Source of the DNA: Alphaproteobacteria bacterium
Lineage (GTDB): Bacteria > Pseudomonadota > Alphaproteobacteria > MPNO01 > UBA830
Reading direction: 5' to 3'
DNA: 64,000 bases
Assembly (NCBI GenBank): GCA_965243135.1
Contig: OZ251539.1
Location: 4,224,001 to 4,288,000 of the forward strand
The notes under the pieces were generated by a model, which was not told the origin of the DNA, ran no database searches, and was given only the letters and a program-made list of their open reading frames with translations. Of this stretch, positions 10,703-22,699 are shown one piece after another. How positions within the stretch are numbered: position 1 is the stretch's first letter; the number at the start of each line of letters is the position of its first letter. Position numbers and translations under genes: made by a program.

Positions 10703-10989
10703 ACGCCATGCTTCCGATCTCACACCCCGGCCGCCTGCTGAAGCGCGAACTCGAGGCGAGGGGCCTGAGCGCCAATCGGCTGGCGCTCGACCTCGGCGTC
10801 CCATCGGGTCGCGTGACGGATATTCTTAATGGCCGCCGTTCGATTACCGCCGATACGGCGGTGCGTCTCGGCCTCTATTTTGGAAACGGCGCATCGTTCT
10901 GGCTCGGTCTTCAGAGCCAGTACGACATAGCATGGATCGAACGGGAACGCGGAACCGAGATCGCCAAGCGCGTGCGACCGGCGGCGTGA
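10699..10989 (+). CDS. higA: HigA antitoxin (Xre HTH)
   Basis: HPGRLLKREL...LALDLGVPSGRVTDILNGRRSITADTAVRL...FWLGLQSQYD; ATGA overlap with higB. Confidence 0.93.
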   Translation: MNAMLPISHPGRLLKRELEARGLSANRLALDLGVPSGRVTDILNGRRSITADTAVRLGLYFGNGASFWLGLQSQYDIAWIERERGTEIAKRVRPAA

Positions 10990-11761
10990 TGTCTCCCCTG
11001 CCGAAAAGCAAAGGGTCGGAACCACGCCAAGCGCATCGGGTTTTCCAACTACGACCCCATCTCCCTCGCCAAAGAGGTTGCCGGGGTCCGACATTCCCGT
11101 ACAAGCGGCATGGCGCTGGCGCATTTCACGGATTCGAGAAGCTGCGCACATGATGGCTCCGCGAAACGCGTGATGACAGCGATCATCGTAGCACGCCCAC
11201 CGCCATCAAGTACCTGTAGTTGGTTCGGCGCCCTAAGACCCGTGCATGCGGCGATCAAGCCGCGAAACGCCTGAACGTCAGGCAACGGTTCCGCCGAACG
11301 GGAGCGTCCCGCTCGTCCGGTCGAGCGGGGCGGACTTCCGCTGCCGAAAAGTCCTCCATGTCCAAGGCTCGTTCGAAGCCATGGCCCGAGAGTGACCGAA
11401 GCGGCTCGCGAAAGCCGGAGGAAACCAGAAACCCGGAAACGCAACGCAAAATCAACGCGTGATCGCCCCGGCCAAGTCGAGCTTGCCCTCGACGTGCGTT
11501 CGCTCGAATGCCGGAAGCTCTCGTCCATGCGAACGGTAAGGGCCGACGGTCGAGACGACGGCGTCGCTGAAAAACCGGACCTGCAACGCCGAAACCGGAA
11601 ATGGCGACGATTTCGGGAGAGAGCCGTTCCATGAGTTCGGCCCCGGTGAATCCGGAAGGGCGACGAGGCGCGCCGTTTTTATCGGCTGCCGCGGCTCCCC
11701 CGGCCGGCCGCAAGCGCGGGAGAAGGCGGGTTCGGCCGTCCGCCGACGCCGCTCCCTGAAC

Positions 11762-12640
11762 TCAGGAAGCCCTCATGGCCGCCGCCATCTCGCTGCCGAT
11801 GGCGGCGGGCGAATCGCAGACCCGTATGCCGGCGCTCTTCATCGCCTCGATCTTGTCTTCCGCGCCGCCCCGGCCGCCGGCCACGATCGCGCCGGCGTGC
11901 CCCATCCGCCGGCCCGGCGGCGCCGACACCCCGGCGATGAAACCGACCACCGGCTTGGACGTTCCGGACCGCTTCACGAACTCCGCCGCTTCTTCCTCGG
12001 CCGAGCCGCCGATTTCTCCGATCATGACGATTCCCTCGGTTTCGTCGTCCGCGAGAAACATCTCGAGGCAGTCGACGAAACTCGTCCCGTTGACCGGATC
12101 GCCGCCGATGCCGATGCAGGTCGTCTGGCCGAGTCCGGCCGCCGTGGTCTGCGCGACCGCTTCGTAGGTCAGCGTGCCCGATCGCGACACGATGCCGATG
12201 CGCCCGCGCATGTGTATGTGTCCCGGCATGATGCCGATCTTGCATTCGCCGGGCGTAATCACGCCGGGGCAGTTCGGGCCGATCAGGCGCGAGCCGGAAC
12301 CCGCCAGCGCGCGGCGCGCGCGCACCATGTCGAGAACCGGGATGCCCTCCGTGATGCAGACGACGAGGGGAACGCCGGCTTCGGCGGCCTCGAGAATCGC
12401 GTCGGCCGCGAAAGGCGGCGGGACGTAGATTGCCGTCGCGTCCGCGCCGGTCCGTTCCACCGCCTCGGCGACCGTGTCGAAAACCGGCAGATCGAGATGA
12501 ACGGTTCCCCCCTTGCCCGGCGTCACCCCGCCCACCATGCGGGTGCCGTAGGCGATCGCCTGCTCGGAATGGAAGGTTCCCTGAGATCCGGTGAAGCCCT
12601 GGCAGATGACCCGCGTATCGCGCCCGACGAGAACCGGCAT
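11762..12640 (-). CDS. sucD: Succinyl-CoA synthetase alpha subunit
   Basis: [34 protein letters not shown]. Confidence 0.97.
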   Translation of the reverse strand: MPVLVGRDTRVICQGFTGSQGTFHSEQAIAYGTRMVGGVTPGKGGTVHLDLPVFDTVAEAVERTGADATAIYVPPPFAADAILEAAEAGVPLVVCITEGIPVLDMVRARRALAGSGSRLIGPNCPGVITPGECKIGIMPGHIHMRGRIGIVSRSGTLTYEAVAQTTAAGLGQTTCIGIGGDPVNGTSFVDCLEMFLADDETEGIVMIGEIGGSAEEEAAEFVKRSGTSKPVVGFIAGVSAPPGRRMGHAGAIVAGGRGGAEDKIEAMKSAGIRVCDSPAAIGSEMAAAMRAS

Positions 12641-13797
12641 TACGCAGCCTCCGCCGTTACGCGCACCGCCTTGGCCGCCGCGTCGGACAGATCCCCGGCG
12701 GCGATGACCGGCAGCCCCGATTCCTCGAGGATCTTCTTCCCGAGATCGACGTTCGTCCCCGCGAGGCGCACGACCAGCGGCACCTCGAGGCCGACCTCGC
12801 GCGCCGCCGCGACCACGCCTTCGGCGATCACGTCGCAGCGCATGATGCCGCCGAAGATGTTGACGAGAATCGAAGCCACCCCCTCATCCGACAGGATGAG
12901 CTTGAACGCCGTCGTCACGCGCTCCCGGGTCGCGCCGCCCCCTACGTCGAGAAAATTGGCCGGAGCCCCGCCGTGAAGCCGGATGATGTCCATCGTCGCC
13001 ATCGCAAGGCCGGCGCCGTTGACCATGCAGCCTATGTTGCCGTCGAGGCGGATATAGTTGAGGTCGTGCTCCGCAGCCGCGCGCTCCATCGGATCCTCCT
13101 CGTCCGGATCCCTTAGCGCGGCGACGTCCCGCTGCCGATACAAAGCGTTGTCGTCGAAGTTCATTTTCGCGTCGAGCGCAACCAGCGAGCCCGCGCCGGT
13201 CACGACCAGCGGATTGATCTCCAGCACCGAGGCGTCTAGGGCGGTGAACGCGTCGTACAGCCCTTTCGCGAAACCTTCCGGCGCGTCCTTCAGATCCAGG
13301 GCGGCGGCGAGGCGCCGGGCATGGAAGGGACGGATTCCGGTGGCGGGGTCGATCGCCTGGATGTGAATCTTTTCCGGCGTGGCGGCCGCGACCTCCTCGA
13401 TTTCCATCCCCCCTTCGGTAGACGCCATGAGGGTGACGCGCGAGGTGGCGCGATCGATCAAGAGGCCGACGTAAAGTTCCCGCGCGATGTCGCAGCCTTC
13501 CTCGACGTAGATCCGCCGAACGACGCGTCCGCCCGGCCCGGTCTGCGGCGTGACCAGCGTCATGCCGGTCATTTCTTCGGCCGCCGTTCGCACTGCGTCG
13601 AGCGACTTCGCGACGCGCACGCCGCCGCCCTTGCCCCGGCCGCCTGCGTGAATCTGCGCCTTCACGACCCAGACGGAGCCGCCGAGGCCTCGCGCGACCG
13701 AAACCGCTTCGTCGGGGCCGGTCGCGCTATCGCCGCGCGGCACCGGCACGCCGTACTCCGAGAGCAGGCGCTTCGCCTGATATTCGTGGATGTTCAT
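12640..13797 (-). CDS. sucC: Succinyl-CoA synthetase beta subunit
   Basis: [44 protein letters not shown]. Confidence 0.97.
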   Translation of the reverse strand: MNIHEYQAKRLLSEYGVPVPRGDSATGPDEAVSVARGLGGSVWVVKAQIHAGGRGKGGGVRVAKSLDAVRTAAEEMTGMTLVTPQTGPGGRVVRRIYVEEGCDIARELYVGLLIDRATSRVTLMASTEGGMEIEEVAAATPEKIHIQAIDPATGIRPFHARRLAAALDLKDAPEGFAKGLYDAFTALDASVLEINPLVVTGAGSLVALDAKMNFDDNALYRQRDVAALRDPDEEDPMERAAAEHDLNYIRLDGNIGCMVNGAGLAMATMDIIRLHGGAPANFLDVGGGATRERVTTAFKLILSDEGVASILVNIFGGIMRCDVIAEGVVAAAREVGLEVPLVVRLAGTNVDLGKKILEESGLPVIAAGDLSDAAAKAVRVTAEAA

Positions 13798-13810
13798 GCG
13801 GGTACGAACC

Positions 13811-15684
<1,874 letters not shown>

Positions 15685-15727
15685 CCGATCCGCCGCGTTT
15701 GGCCCCGAAAATCCGAGGGAGCGAGTG

Positions 15728-17086
15728 ATGGCCGTGCGACCGCCGGAAGAACCGATTACGGATTACCGACAGCTCGTCGAGCATTTCGAGGCCGGTTGCA
15801 AGCCTCGCGAATCCTGGCGAATCGGCACCGAGCACGAGAAGTTCGTCTTCAAGCTCGATACCCTGGAGCCCGTGCCTTACGAAGGGCCTTTCGGAATCCG
15901 GAAGTTTCTCGAAGGCTTGACCCGATTCGGCTGGAAGCCCGTTTTCGAAAACGGCAACCCGATCGCCCTGAACGACGGAGATTGCAACATTTCTCTGGAG
16001 CCCGGCGGACAGCTGGAGTTGTCCGGCGCGCCGCTCAAGGACCTTCACCGAACCTGCGACGAGGTGCATACCCATCTCGCGCAGGTGAAGGAGGTCGCAG
16101 GCGAGCTCGGGGTCGGGCTGCTCGGCATGGGCTTTCTGCCCAAGGCGCGCCGAGAGGACGTGCGGTGGATGCCCAAGGGGCGTTACCGGATCATGCGCGC
16201 CTACATGCCGAAGAAGGGCGGTCTCGGCCTGGACATGATGCTGCGTTCCTGCACGGTGCAGGTGAATCTCGATTACGGTTCCGAAGCCGACATGGTCGAG
16301 AAATTCCGCGTTTCGCTGGCGTTGCAGCCGGTCGCGACGGCGATTTTCGCCAATTCGCCGTTCGTCGAGGGCCGGCCGAGCGGTTGGCAGTCGTATCGCA
16401 GCCATCTCTGGGAGGACACCGATCCCGACCGCTGCGGCATGCTTCCGTTCGCGTTCGAGGACGGAATGGGTTTCGAGCGTTACGTCGACTACGCTCTCGA
16501 CGTGCCGATGTACTTTCTCTACCGCGCCGGCCGCTACGTCGACGTTTCCGGCCTGTCGTTCCGCGACTTTCTCGACGGCAAGCTCCCCGGGCACGAAGGC
16601 GAGCTGCCCACGGCGGAAGACTGGTCCGATCACCTTACGACGATTTTTCCCGAGGTGAGGCTGAAGCGCTTCGTCGAAATGCGCGGCGCCGACGGCGGCC
16701 CGTGGCGGCGACTATGCGCGTTGCCGGCGCTGTGGACGGGCCTGCTTTACGACGCCGACTGCCAGCGCGCCGCATGGGATCTGGTGAAGGACTGGAGCGT
16801 CGAGGAACTTTCGTCGCTGCGGCGGGACGCGGCCCTCGACGGCCTGAAGGCGCGATTTCGCGGACGTCCGTTGGCCGAGATCGCCGGAGAAACGCTGGCG
16901 ATCGCCCGAACGGGCCTGAACCGGCGCGCCGTGCCGGGCGTCGTCGACGGGGACGAGAGCGGCTTTCTCGCCGCGGTCCAGGAGATCGTGGACTGCGGCG
17001 AGAGTCCGAGCGAGAGTCTCGCGAGGCGGGTCGAGGAGGAATGGAACGGCAGCGTGGACCCGCTTTACTCGGAATACGCTTATTGA
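15728..17086 (+). CDS. gshA: Glutamate-cysteine ligase (alphaproteobacterial/plant type)
   Basis: IGTEHEKF, SLEPGGQLELSGAP, WMPKGRY, FPEVRLKRFVEMRGADGGP. Confidence 0.95.
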   Translation: MAVRPPEEPITDYRQLVEHFEAGCKPRESWRIGTEHEKFVFKLDTLEPVPYEGPFGIRKFLEGLTRFGWKPVFENGNPIALNDGDCNISLEPGGQLELSGAPLKDLHRTCDEVHTHLAQVKEVAGELGVGLLGMGFLPKARREDVRWMPKGRYRIMRAYMPKKGGLGLDMMLRSCTVQVNLDYGSEADMVEKFRVSLALQPVATAIFANSPFVEGRPSGWQSYRSHLWEDTDPDRCGMLPFAFEDGMGFERYVDYALDVPMYFLYRAGRYVDVSGLSFRDFLDGKLPGHEGELPTAEDWSDHLTTIFPEVRLKRFVEMRGADGGPWRRLCALPALWTGLLYDADCQRAAWDLVKDWSVEELSSLRRDAALDGLKARFRGRPLAEIAGETLAIARTGLNRRAVPGVVDGDESGFLAAVQEIVDCGESPSESLARRVEEEWNGSVDPLYSEYAY

Positions 17087-17305
17087 AGTTCGCGGCCGCC
17101 GTTCCGTCTCCGCGCCTCGCGCCGGACGGGTTATGCGGACGGCCCGCGGTTTCGCCGCCGCCGGTCGGCGCGAAAAGCATCCGGGAAGTCGATTATCCGC
17201 CTCGACGACTCGGGCAAGTTCTTCGTCGCGACCCGGGACGCTCTCGGGCGTTCCTCAGAATTCTCGCGACGAGCCGCTCGCGGATGGCGCGGCTCGCGGC
17301 GGCCG

Positions 17306-18730
17306 TCACGCCGCGGCGGTTCCGCCGACGGTGAGATTCTCGATCAGCAACGTCGGCTGCCCGACGCCGACCGGAACGCCCTGGCCGTCCTTGCCGCAGG
17401 TGCCGACCCCCGTATCGAGCGCCATGTCGTTACCGATCATTTTCACGCGGGTGAGCGCGTCCGGTCCGTTGCCGATCAACGTCGCTCCCTTGACCGGTGC
17501 GCCGATCCGCCCGTTCTCGATCATGTAGGCCTCGGACGCCGAAAAGACGAACTTGCCCGAGGTGATGTCCACCTGGCCGCCGCCGAAATTCACCGCGAAG
17601 AGGCCCTTCTTCACCGATCCGACGATCTCTTCCGGGTCGCTGCCGCCGTTCAGCATGAAGGTGTTGGTCATCCGCGGCAGGGGGGTGTGGGCGAAGCTTT
17701 CCCTGCGGCCGTTGCCGGTGGGTGCCGCGCCCATCAGCCGCGCGTTCATGCGATCCTGCATGTAGCCGGTCAGGATGCCGTCCTCGATCAGCACGGTTCT
17801 CGAGCAGGGCGTTCCTTCGTCGTCGATCGAAAGCGAGCCGCGCCGGTCTTCGAGCGTGCCGTCGTCGACGACGGTCACGCCCGGCGCGGCGACGCGCTGC
17901 CCCATCAGCCCGGCGAAGGCGCTCGTCTTCTTGCGATTGAAATCCCCTTCGAGGCCGTGGCCGATCGCTTCGTGGAGCAATATCCCGGGCCAGCCGGGAC
18001 CGAGGACGACGTCCATTTCTCCGGCGGGCGCCGGAACCGATTCGAGGTTGGTCACTGCCTGCCGCAACGCTTCGTCGATTTGCCTTTTCCAGGCGTCGGG
18101 CTCGACGAAGGAAGCGTATCCTTCGCGGCCTCCGGCTCCGTGGCTGCCGGCCTCCATGCGGTCGCCGTCCGCGCAGACGACGGAGACGTTCACGCGCACG
18201 AGCGGGCGGACGTCGCGCCGATGCTCTCCGTTCGCCCGCACGATCTGCACCGCCTGCCACTGGCCCGATATCGAGGCGGAGAACTGAACGACGCGGGAGT
18301 CGAGCCCGCGGGCGTATTCGTTCATTTCCTCCAGAAGCCGAACCTTTTCGCCGAACGCGATCTCTCCTGCGGGGTTCCGGTCGCCGTAGAGCCGCCTGTT
18401 GGTGGCGCGAGGAGCGACGTCGATCTCGCCATCGTGACCGGCCCGCACGGCGCGAACGACCTCGGCGGCGCGAGCTATCGCATCTTCGGACAGTTCCGAG
18501 GCGTGGGCGTAGCCGGTGGTCTCGCCCGCCACGCCTCTGAACCCGCAGCCTTGCATCGTGTCGAAAGACGCGCTTTTCAGCCGTCCGTCGTCGAAGGCGA
18601 GGCTCTCCGACTGCCGGTATTCGAGGAACAGTTCGCCATCGTCGGCGCCGTGCAGCGCGTCGGATACGAGATTCTCCACCCGCGCGCGGTCCATTCCGGC
18701 GCGCTCGAAAAACAATTCGTCGGTCTTCAT
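17306..18730 (-). CDS. tldD: Metalloprotease TldD
   Basis: PGILLHEAIGHGLEGDFNRK, GNGRRESF, PRMTNT, CGKDGQGVPVGVGQPT. Confidence 0.95.
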   Translation of the reverse strand: MKTDELFFERAGMDRARVENLVSDALHGADDGELFLEYRQSESLAFDDGRLKSASFDTMQGCGFRGVAGETTGYAHASELSEDAIARAAEVVRAVRAGHDGEIDVAPRATNRRLYGDRNPAGEIAFGEKVRLLEEMNEYARGLDSRVVQFSASISGQWQAVQIVRANGEHRRDVRPLVRVNVSVVCADGDRMEAGSHGAGGREGYASFVEPDAWKRQIDEALRQAVTNLESVPAPAGEMDVVLGPGWPGILLHEAIGHGLEGDFNRKKTSAFAGLMGQRVAAPGVTVVDDGTLEDRRGSLSIDDEGTPCSRTVLIEDGILTGYMQDRMNARLMGAAPTGNGRRESFAHTPLPRMTNTFMLNGGSDPEEIVGSVKKGLFAVNFGGGQVDITSGKFVFSASEAYMIENGRIGAPVKGATLIGNGPDALTRVKMIGNDMALDTGVGTCGKDGQGVPVGVGQPTLLIENLTVGGTAAA

Positions 18731-19208
18731 CGTCCCGGTTTCCTCGATTGCCGCTCGCCCGGCTTCAATATGGACCCTGGAAGGGCTTTCGTCACCCCTT
18801 GCGGCGCGACGGCGCGAAGCGGGGCGGCGCGGAAGTCGCGGACGAAGACGAAATGGCCCGTCGACCGCGGCACGGTCAAGAGCGAGGCGCCGCCGAAAAC
18901 CTCGACGTTCGAACCTTGGCGGCCCGCGCAGGCCGACCCGCCGGCTTCGTCCTCTCCGAACGCCGGCCGTTGCCCGGAACCGTCAAGACCCGGCAAGGCT
19001 GCGGCTGCGCTTGCGTTCGAATCTCCCGGGCGCGCGACCGCGACGACTCGATAACGGCGGGCGAAAGATCAGGTGCGACGCCAGCGCCGAGACCGTCGCC
19101 GCGCTCCGCGCCCCTTGACGCTCTCCAGCACCCGGCGGAGATCCGTATCCTCCGGGTTCTCCGCAACCAACGCCGGGAGGATCTCCGGGTGCTCCCGGTC
19201 CAACGCGA

Positions 19209-20267
19209 TCAGCGCCCGCGGCTCTCCGCAGTATTCCGATGCTCCGCGGCCGGCGCCCGGCGAAGGTCCGCTGTTTCCCGGCGGAGAGCGGAGATTTCCT
19301 CCCACGTCAGCGCGGTCTTCACGATGAACCCCAGATCGTCGTATCGCGGAGACCATTGCAACGCCTCGCGTATCCGCGCGCTGTCCGCGATCAGGGTCGG
19401 CGGGTCGCCCGCGCGCCGCGCGCCTGAGCGTATGACGAGCCCTCCGGCTTCGGCCTTTACCGCCTCCAACACCTCGCGAACCGAAAATCCGTGGCCGTAA
19501 CCGCAATTCAGCGTCTGGCTGGTCCCGCCGTCCTCAAGATGGCGCAGCGCGGCGAGATGCGCGGCGGCGACGTCGGACACGTGGATGTAGTCCCGTATGC
19601 AGGTGCCGTCCCGCGTGTCGTAATCCGTCCCGAGCACCGTGACGCCGTCGCGCATGCCGACGGCAGCCTCGCAGGCGACCTTGAGAAGGTGTTCGGAATG
19701 GCCGCCGTACAGGCCGGTCCTTCCCTCCGGGTCCGCGCCCGCGACGTTGAAGTACCGCAACGCGACGTAACGGAAGTCGTGAGCGGCCGCCGCGTCCCTG
19801 AGCGCCCATTCGGTGACCAGTTTGGAACTGCCGTAGGGGTTGATCGGGACGGTCGGCGCGTTCTCGGCCACCGGCAGCGTCTCCGGGATCCCGTAAACCG
19901 CGGCCGTCGACGAGAAAACGAACCGCGTTACGCCGCCAGCGACGCAGGCGCGAAGCAGGCTGGCGCTGACGCCGCTGTTGTTCCGGTAATAGGCGAGCGG
20001 ATCCTGCACCGACGCCGGAACGCTGGTGCTCGCGGCCATGTGCACCACGGCGGAGATCCCGCGTTCGGCGACGATCCGCCCGACCGTCTCGGCGTCTCCT
20101 GCGTCGCCCTCGAAGAAGACGGCGGCGGACGGAACGGCCTCGCGATGCCCGGTCGACAGATTGTCGAGCGCCGAGACCGGATAGCCGGCCTCCAGGCACG
20201 CCAATGCGACATGGCTGCCGATATAGCCGGCGGCGCCGGTGATGAGCACGGGTTTTTCTGACGTCAT
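19209..20267 (-). CDS. galE: UDP-glucose 4-epimerase
   Basis: GAAGYIGSH, FSSTAAVYG, YGSSK, LRYFNVAGAD, DGTCIRDYIHV. Confidence 0.92.
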   Translation of the reverse strand: MTSEKPVLITGAAGYIGSHVALACLEAGYPVSALDNLSTGHREAVPSAAVFFEGDAGDAETVGRIVAERGISAVVHMAASTSVPASVQDPLAYYRNNSGVSASLLRACVAGGVTRFVFSSTAAVYGIPETLPVAENAPTVPINPYGSSKLVTEWALRDAAAAHDFRYVALRYFNVAGADPEGRTGLYGGHSEHLLKVACEAAVGMRDGVTVLGTDYDTRDGTCIRDYIHVSDVAAAHLAALRHLEDGGTSQTLNCGYGHGFSVREVLEAVKAEAGGLVIRSGARRAGDPPTLIADSARIREALQWSPRYDDLGFIVKTALTWEEISALRRETADLRRAPAAEHRNTAESRGR

Positions 20268-20358
20268 GCCGGTTCCTGCCTCGGCTGCCGAAACGGCGGT
20301 TTTCTAATGCATTCGCCGTTCTGCGCAAGCCGGAGATTCGGCGGAGCCCGAGATTCGA

Positions 20359-20387
20359 TTGACCTCGGCGGCGGCGCGCACTATTCA
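20359..20387 (+). promoter_or_regulatory. Possible sigma70 promoter
   Basis: TTGACC-N17-TATTCA upstream of the ORF at 20434. Confidence 0.35.
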
Positions 20388-20433
20388 AACTTACGGTGCC
20401 CGTGGTTGCGCCGCAACGGGAGACGCAGCTCTC

Positions 20434-21384
20434 ATGGATGTCGTGACCATATTCGGCGCGTCGGGTTTCGTCGGCCGCTACGTCGTCAGGGAGTTCGCGA
20501 GAACCGGAGCGCGCATCCGCGCGGCCGTCCGGCGGCCCGAACGCGCCGGCTTCCTGAGACCCATGGGAGACGTAGGCCAGATCGCGCCCGTCGCGGCCAA
20601 CGTTCGCGACGACGCCTCCGTGGCCGCCGCGGTGAAGAGCGCGGACGCCGTCGTCAATCTGGTCGGCGTGCTGGCGGAGCGCGGACCCCAAACCTTCGCG
20701 GCGGTGCATGCGGAGGGAGCGCGGCGCGTGGCCGAGGCGGCGGCGGACGCCGGCGTCCGGACGCTCGTGCACGTTTCGGCGATCGGCGCCGATCCGGGCG
20801 CGCAAGCGAACTACGCCGCGACCAAGGGCGAAGGCGAGGAGGCCGCGCGCCGGGCGTTTCCCGCCGCGGCGATCGTCAGGCCGAGCATCGTTTTCGGACC
20901 GGAGGACGACTTTTTCAACCGGTTCGCCGCGCTCGCGCGGCTGGCTCCGGCCCTCCCTCTCCTCGGCGGCGGGCGCACGAAGTTTCAGCCCGTCTACGTC
21001 GGGGACCTCGCGAAGGCCGTCGCGGCCATCGCCGCGGACCCGCGGCATCAGTCCGGAATCCACGAGTTGGGCGGCCCCGAAATATTCTCCTTTCGCGATC
21101 TGATGACCATCCTGCTGCGGCAGATCGGTCGGCGGAGGCTTCTGGTTCCGGTGCCGTTTTCGGTCGCGACCTGCCAGGCGGCGGTGATGGAACGGCTGCC
21201 GGTTCCTTTGCTGACCCGCGATCAGGTGAAGATGCTGCGCAGCGACAACGTCGTTTCGGGGAATTTTCCGGGTTTTTCCGAACTCGGCATCGAGCCGACT
21301 TCCTGCGCTTCGATTTTGCCGACGTACCTTCGGCGCTACCGCCGCGGCCCGGCGTCTTCCGCGCCCGAGGCGACCGGCTCGTAG
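20434..21384 (+). CDS. Complex I NDUFA9-like NAD(P)-dependent SDR/epimerase
   Basis: VTIFGASGFVGRY, LRPMGDVGQI, RPSIVFGPEDDFFNRFA, FQPVYVGD. Confidence 0.9.
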   Translation: MDVVTIFGASGFVGRYVVREFARTGARIRAAVRRPERAGFLRPMGDVGQIAPVAANVRDDASVAAAVKSADAVVNLVGVLAERGPQTFAAVHAEGARRVAEAAADAGVRTLVHVSAIGADPGAQANYAATKGEGEEAARRAFPAAAIVRPSIVFGPEDDFFNRFAALARLAPALPLLGGGRTKFQPVYVGDLAKAVAAIAADPRHQSGIHELGGPEIFSFRDLMTILLRQIGRRRLLVPVPFSVATCQAAVMERLPVPLLTRDQVKMLRSDNVVSGNFPGFSELGIEPTSCASILPTYLRRYRRGPASSAPEATGS

Positions 21385-21514
21385 AGGTCGAACGGCTCGG
21401 GTTTCGCCGCCGCGTTTCCGGCGAACCGTCCGGCAGGCCGCCGGAAGCGGGAATTTCGGCCGGTTGACCGAGCGTCCGTGCGGCCGGGCGAAGCCCCGTT
21501 CGCCGCGACCCGGC

Positions 21515-22306
21515 TCAGCCGTAGGCCCATGCCAGGATCGCCGCGCCGAGGACGAGCCGATAGAGCGCGAACGGCGCGAAGCTCGCCCGGCGAAGCCAGC
21601 GCATCATCAGCCGGATCGCCACCAGAGCGGCGGCGAACGCGAAACCCGCCGCGAGAACGGCCTCCGCGAAATCGCCCGCGGCGCCCGAGGCCGCCAGCTT
21701 CCACGCTCCGGCGCCGCCGGCCGCCGCGATCACCGGTATCGACATCAGCATGGAGAAACGCGCCGCCGCCGTGCGTTCGAAGCCGAGAGCGCGCGCGGCG
21801 GTTATGGTCACGCCGGCGCGGCTTGCGCCGGGGATCAGCGCCAGCGTCTGGACGGCGCCGATCAGCAAGGCGCGTCCCCAAGTCAGTTTTTCCAGTCCGT
21901 CGATCGCCGGCGAATGGCGGTCGGCCAGGTAGAGAAGGACTCCGAACAGCAACGTCGCCCATCCGACGACGACGGCGCTGCGAAGCAGATCGCCGGCAAG
22001 GACGAATATCAGGCCGCCGACCGCGACGGCGGGGACCGCCGAGGCGACCGTCTGCCCAAGGAGCCTCAGATCCGGGTCGCGTTTTCCGGGATTCAGCAAG
22101 CCGCGCAGCATTCGTCCGATGTCGCGCCGAAGGTAGACGATCACGGCGCCCAGGGTTCCGACATGCACGGCGATATCGATGATCAGCCCCTGATCGTCCC
22201 ACCCGACGACGGCGGGAAGCAGAACGAGGTGTCCCGACGAACTGACCGGCAGAAACTCGGTCAGCCCCTGGACGATCGCGACGACGGCAAGCAGGGTCAA
22301 CGTCAA
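21515..22306 (-). CDS. uppP: Undecaprenyl-diphosphatase (BacA)
   Basis: VQGLTEFLPVSSSGH, LALIPGASRAG, AARFSMLMSIP; TTG start position uncertain. Confidence 0.93.
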   Translation of the reverse strand: MTLTLLAVVAIVQGLTEFLPVSSSGHLVLLPAVVGWDDQGLIIDIAVHVGTLGAVIVYLRRDIGRMLRGLLNPGKRDPDLRLLGQTVASAVPAVAVGGLIFVLAGDLLRSAVVVGWATLLFGVLLYLADRHSPAIDGLEKLTWGRALLIGAVQTLALIPGASRAGVTITAARALGFERTAAARFSMLMSIPVIAAAGGAGAWKLAASGAAGDFAEAVLAAGFAFAAALVAIRLMMRWLRRASFAPFALYRLVLGAAILAWAYG

Positions 22307-22642
22307 TCTGTGAATTCCCGGGATCGATGCCCTCGTATACAGCAACCGATTTCGCGGCTCCAGAAAGCCGGGCGGTCGCTTTCTCCGCCGAACGCCTGCG
22401 CGATTCCGCGAGACCGCCGGAACGGTCGACCGCGAACGAGCGGTTCCATGACGCCGGAATCCGCCCGGCGGCCCTGGACAGGCCGCCGCCGCGTCGACCG
22501 CGGCGCGAAAGGCAAAGAAAAATAGTACCGTATCGAGACTAGTTCGGCCTGGCCGGCCGCGACGGCCGCCGAACCAAGCCTGAACGCGCTCCCGGCATTT
22601 TTCAACAAGGTATGAAGTGCTGACCTATATCGGATTTTTCCC

Positions 22643-22672
22643 TTGACGCTTCGCGACGGGATGGCGTAGACT
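22643..22672 (+). promoter_or_regulatory. Probable sigma70 promoter of gltDB
   Basis: TTGACG-N18-TAGACT ending 27 bp before the gltD ATG. Confidence 0.45.
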
Positions 22673-22699
22673 ACTCTCGTACCCCCGCGGAAGGCCATC

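Noticed and set aside
18740-19260. Possible gene remnant between galE and tldD (…ALIALDREHPEILPALVAENPEDTDLRRVLE…)
   Set aside because: Protein-like for only ~40 codons, with no start and no family recognised.
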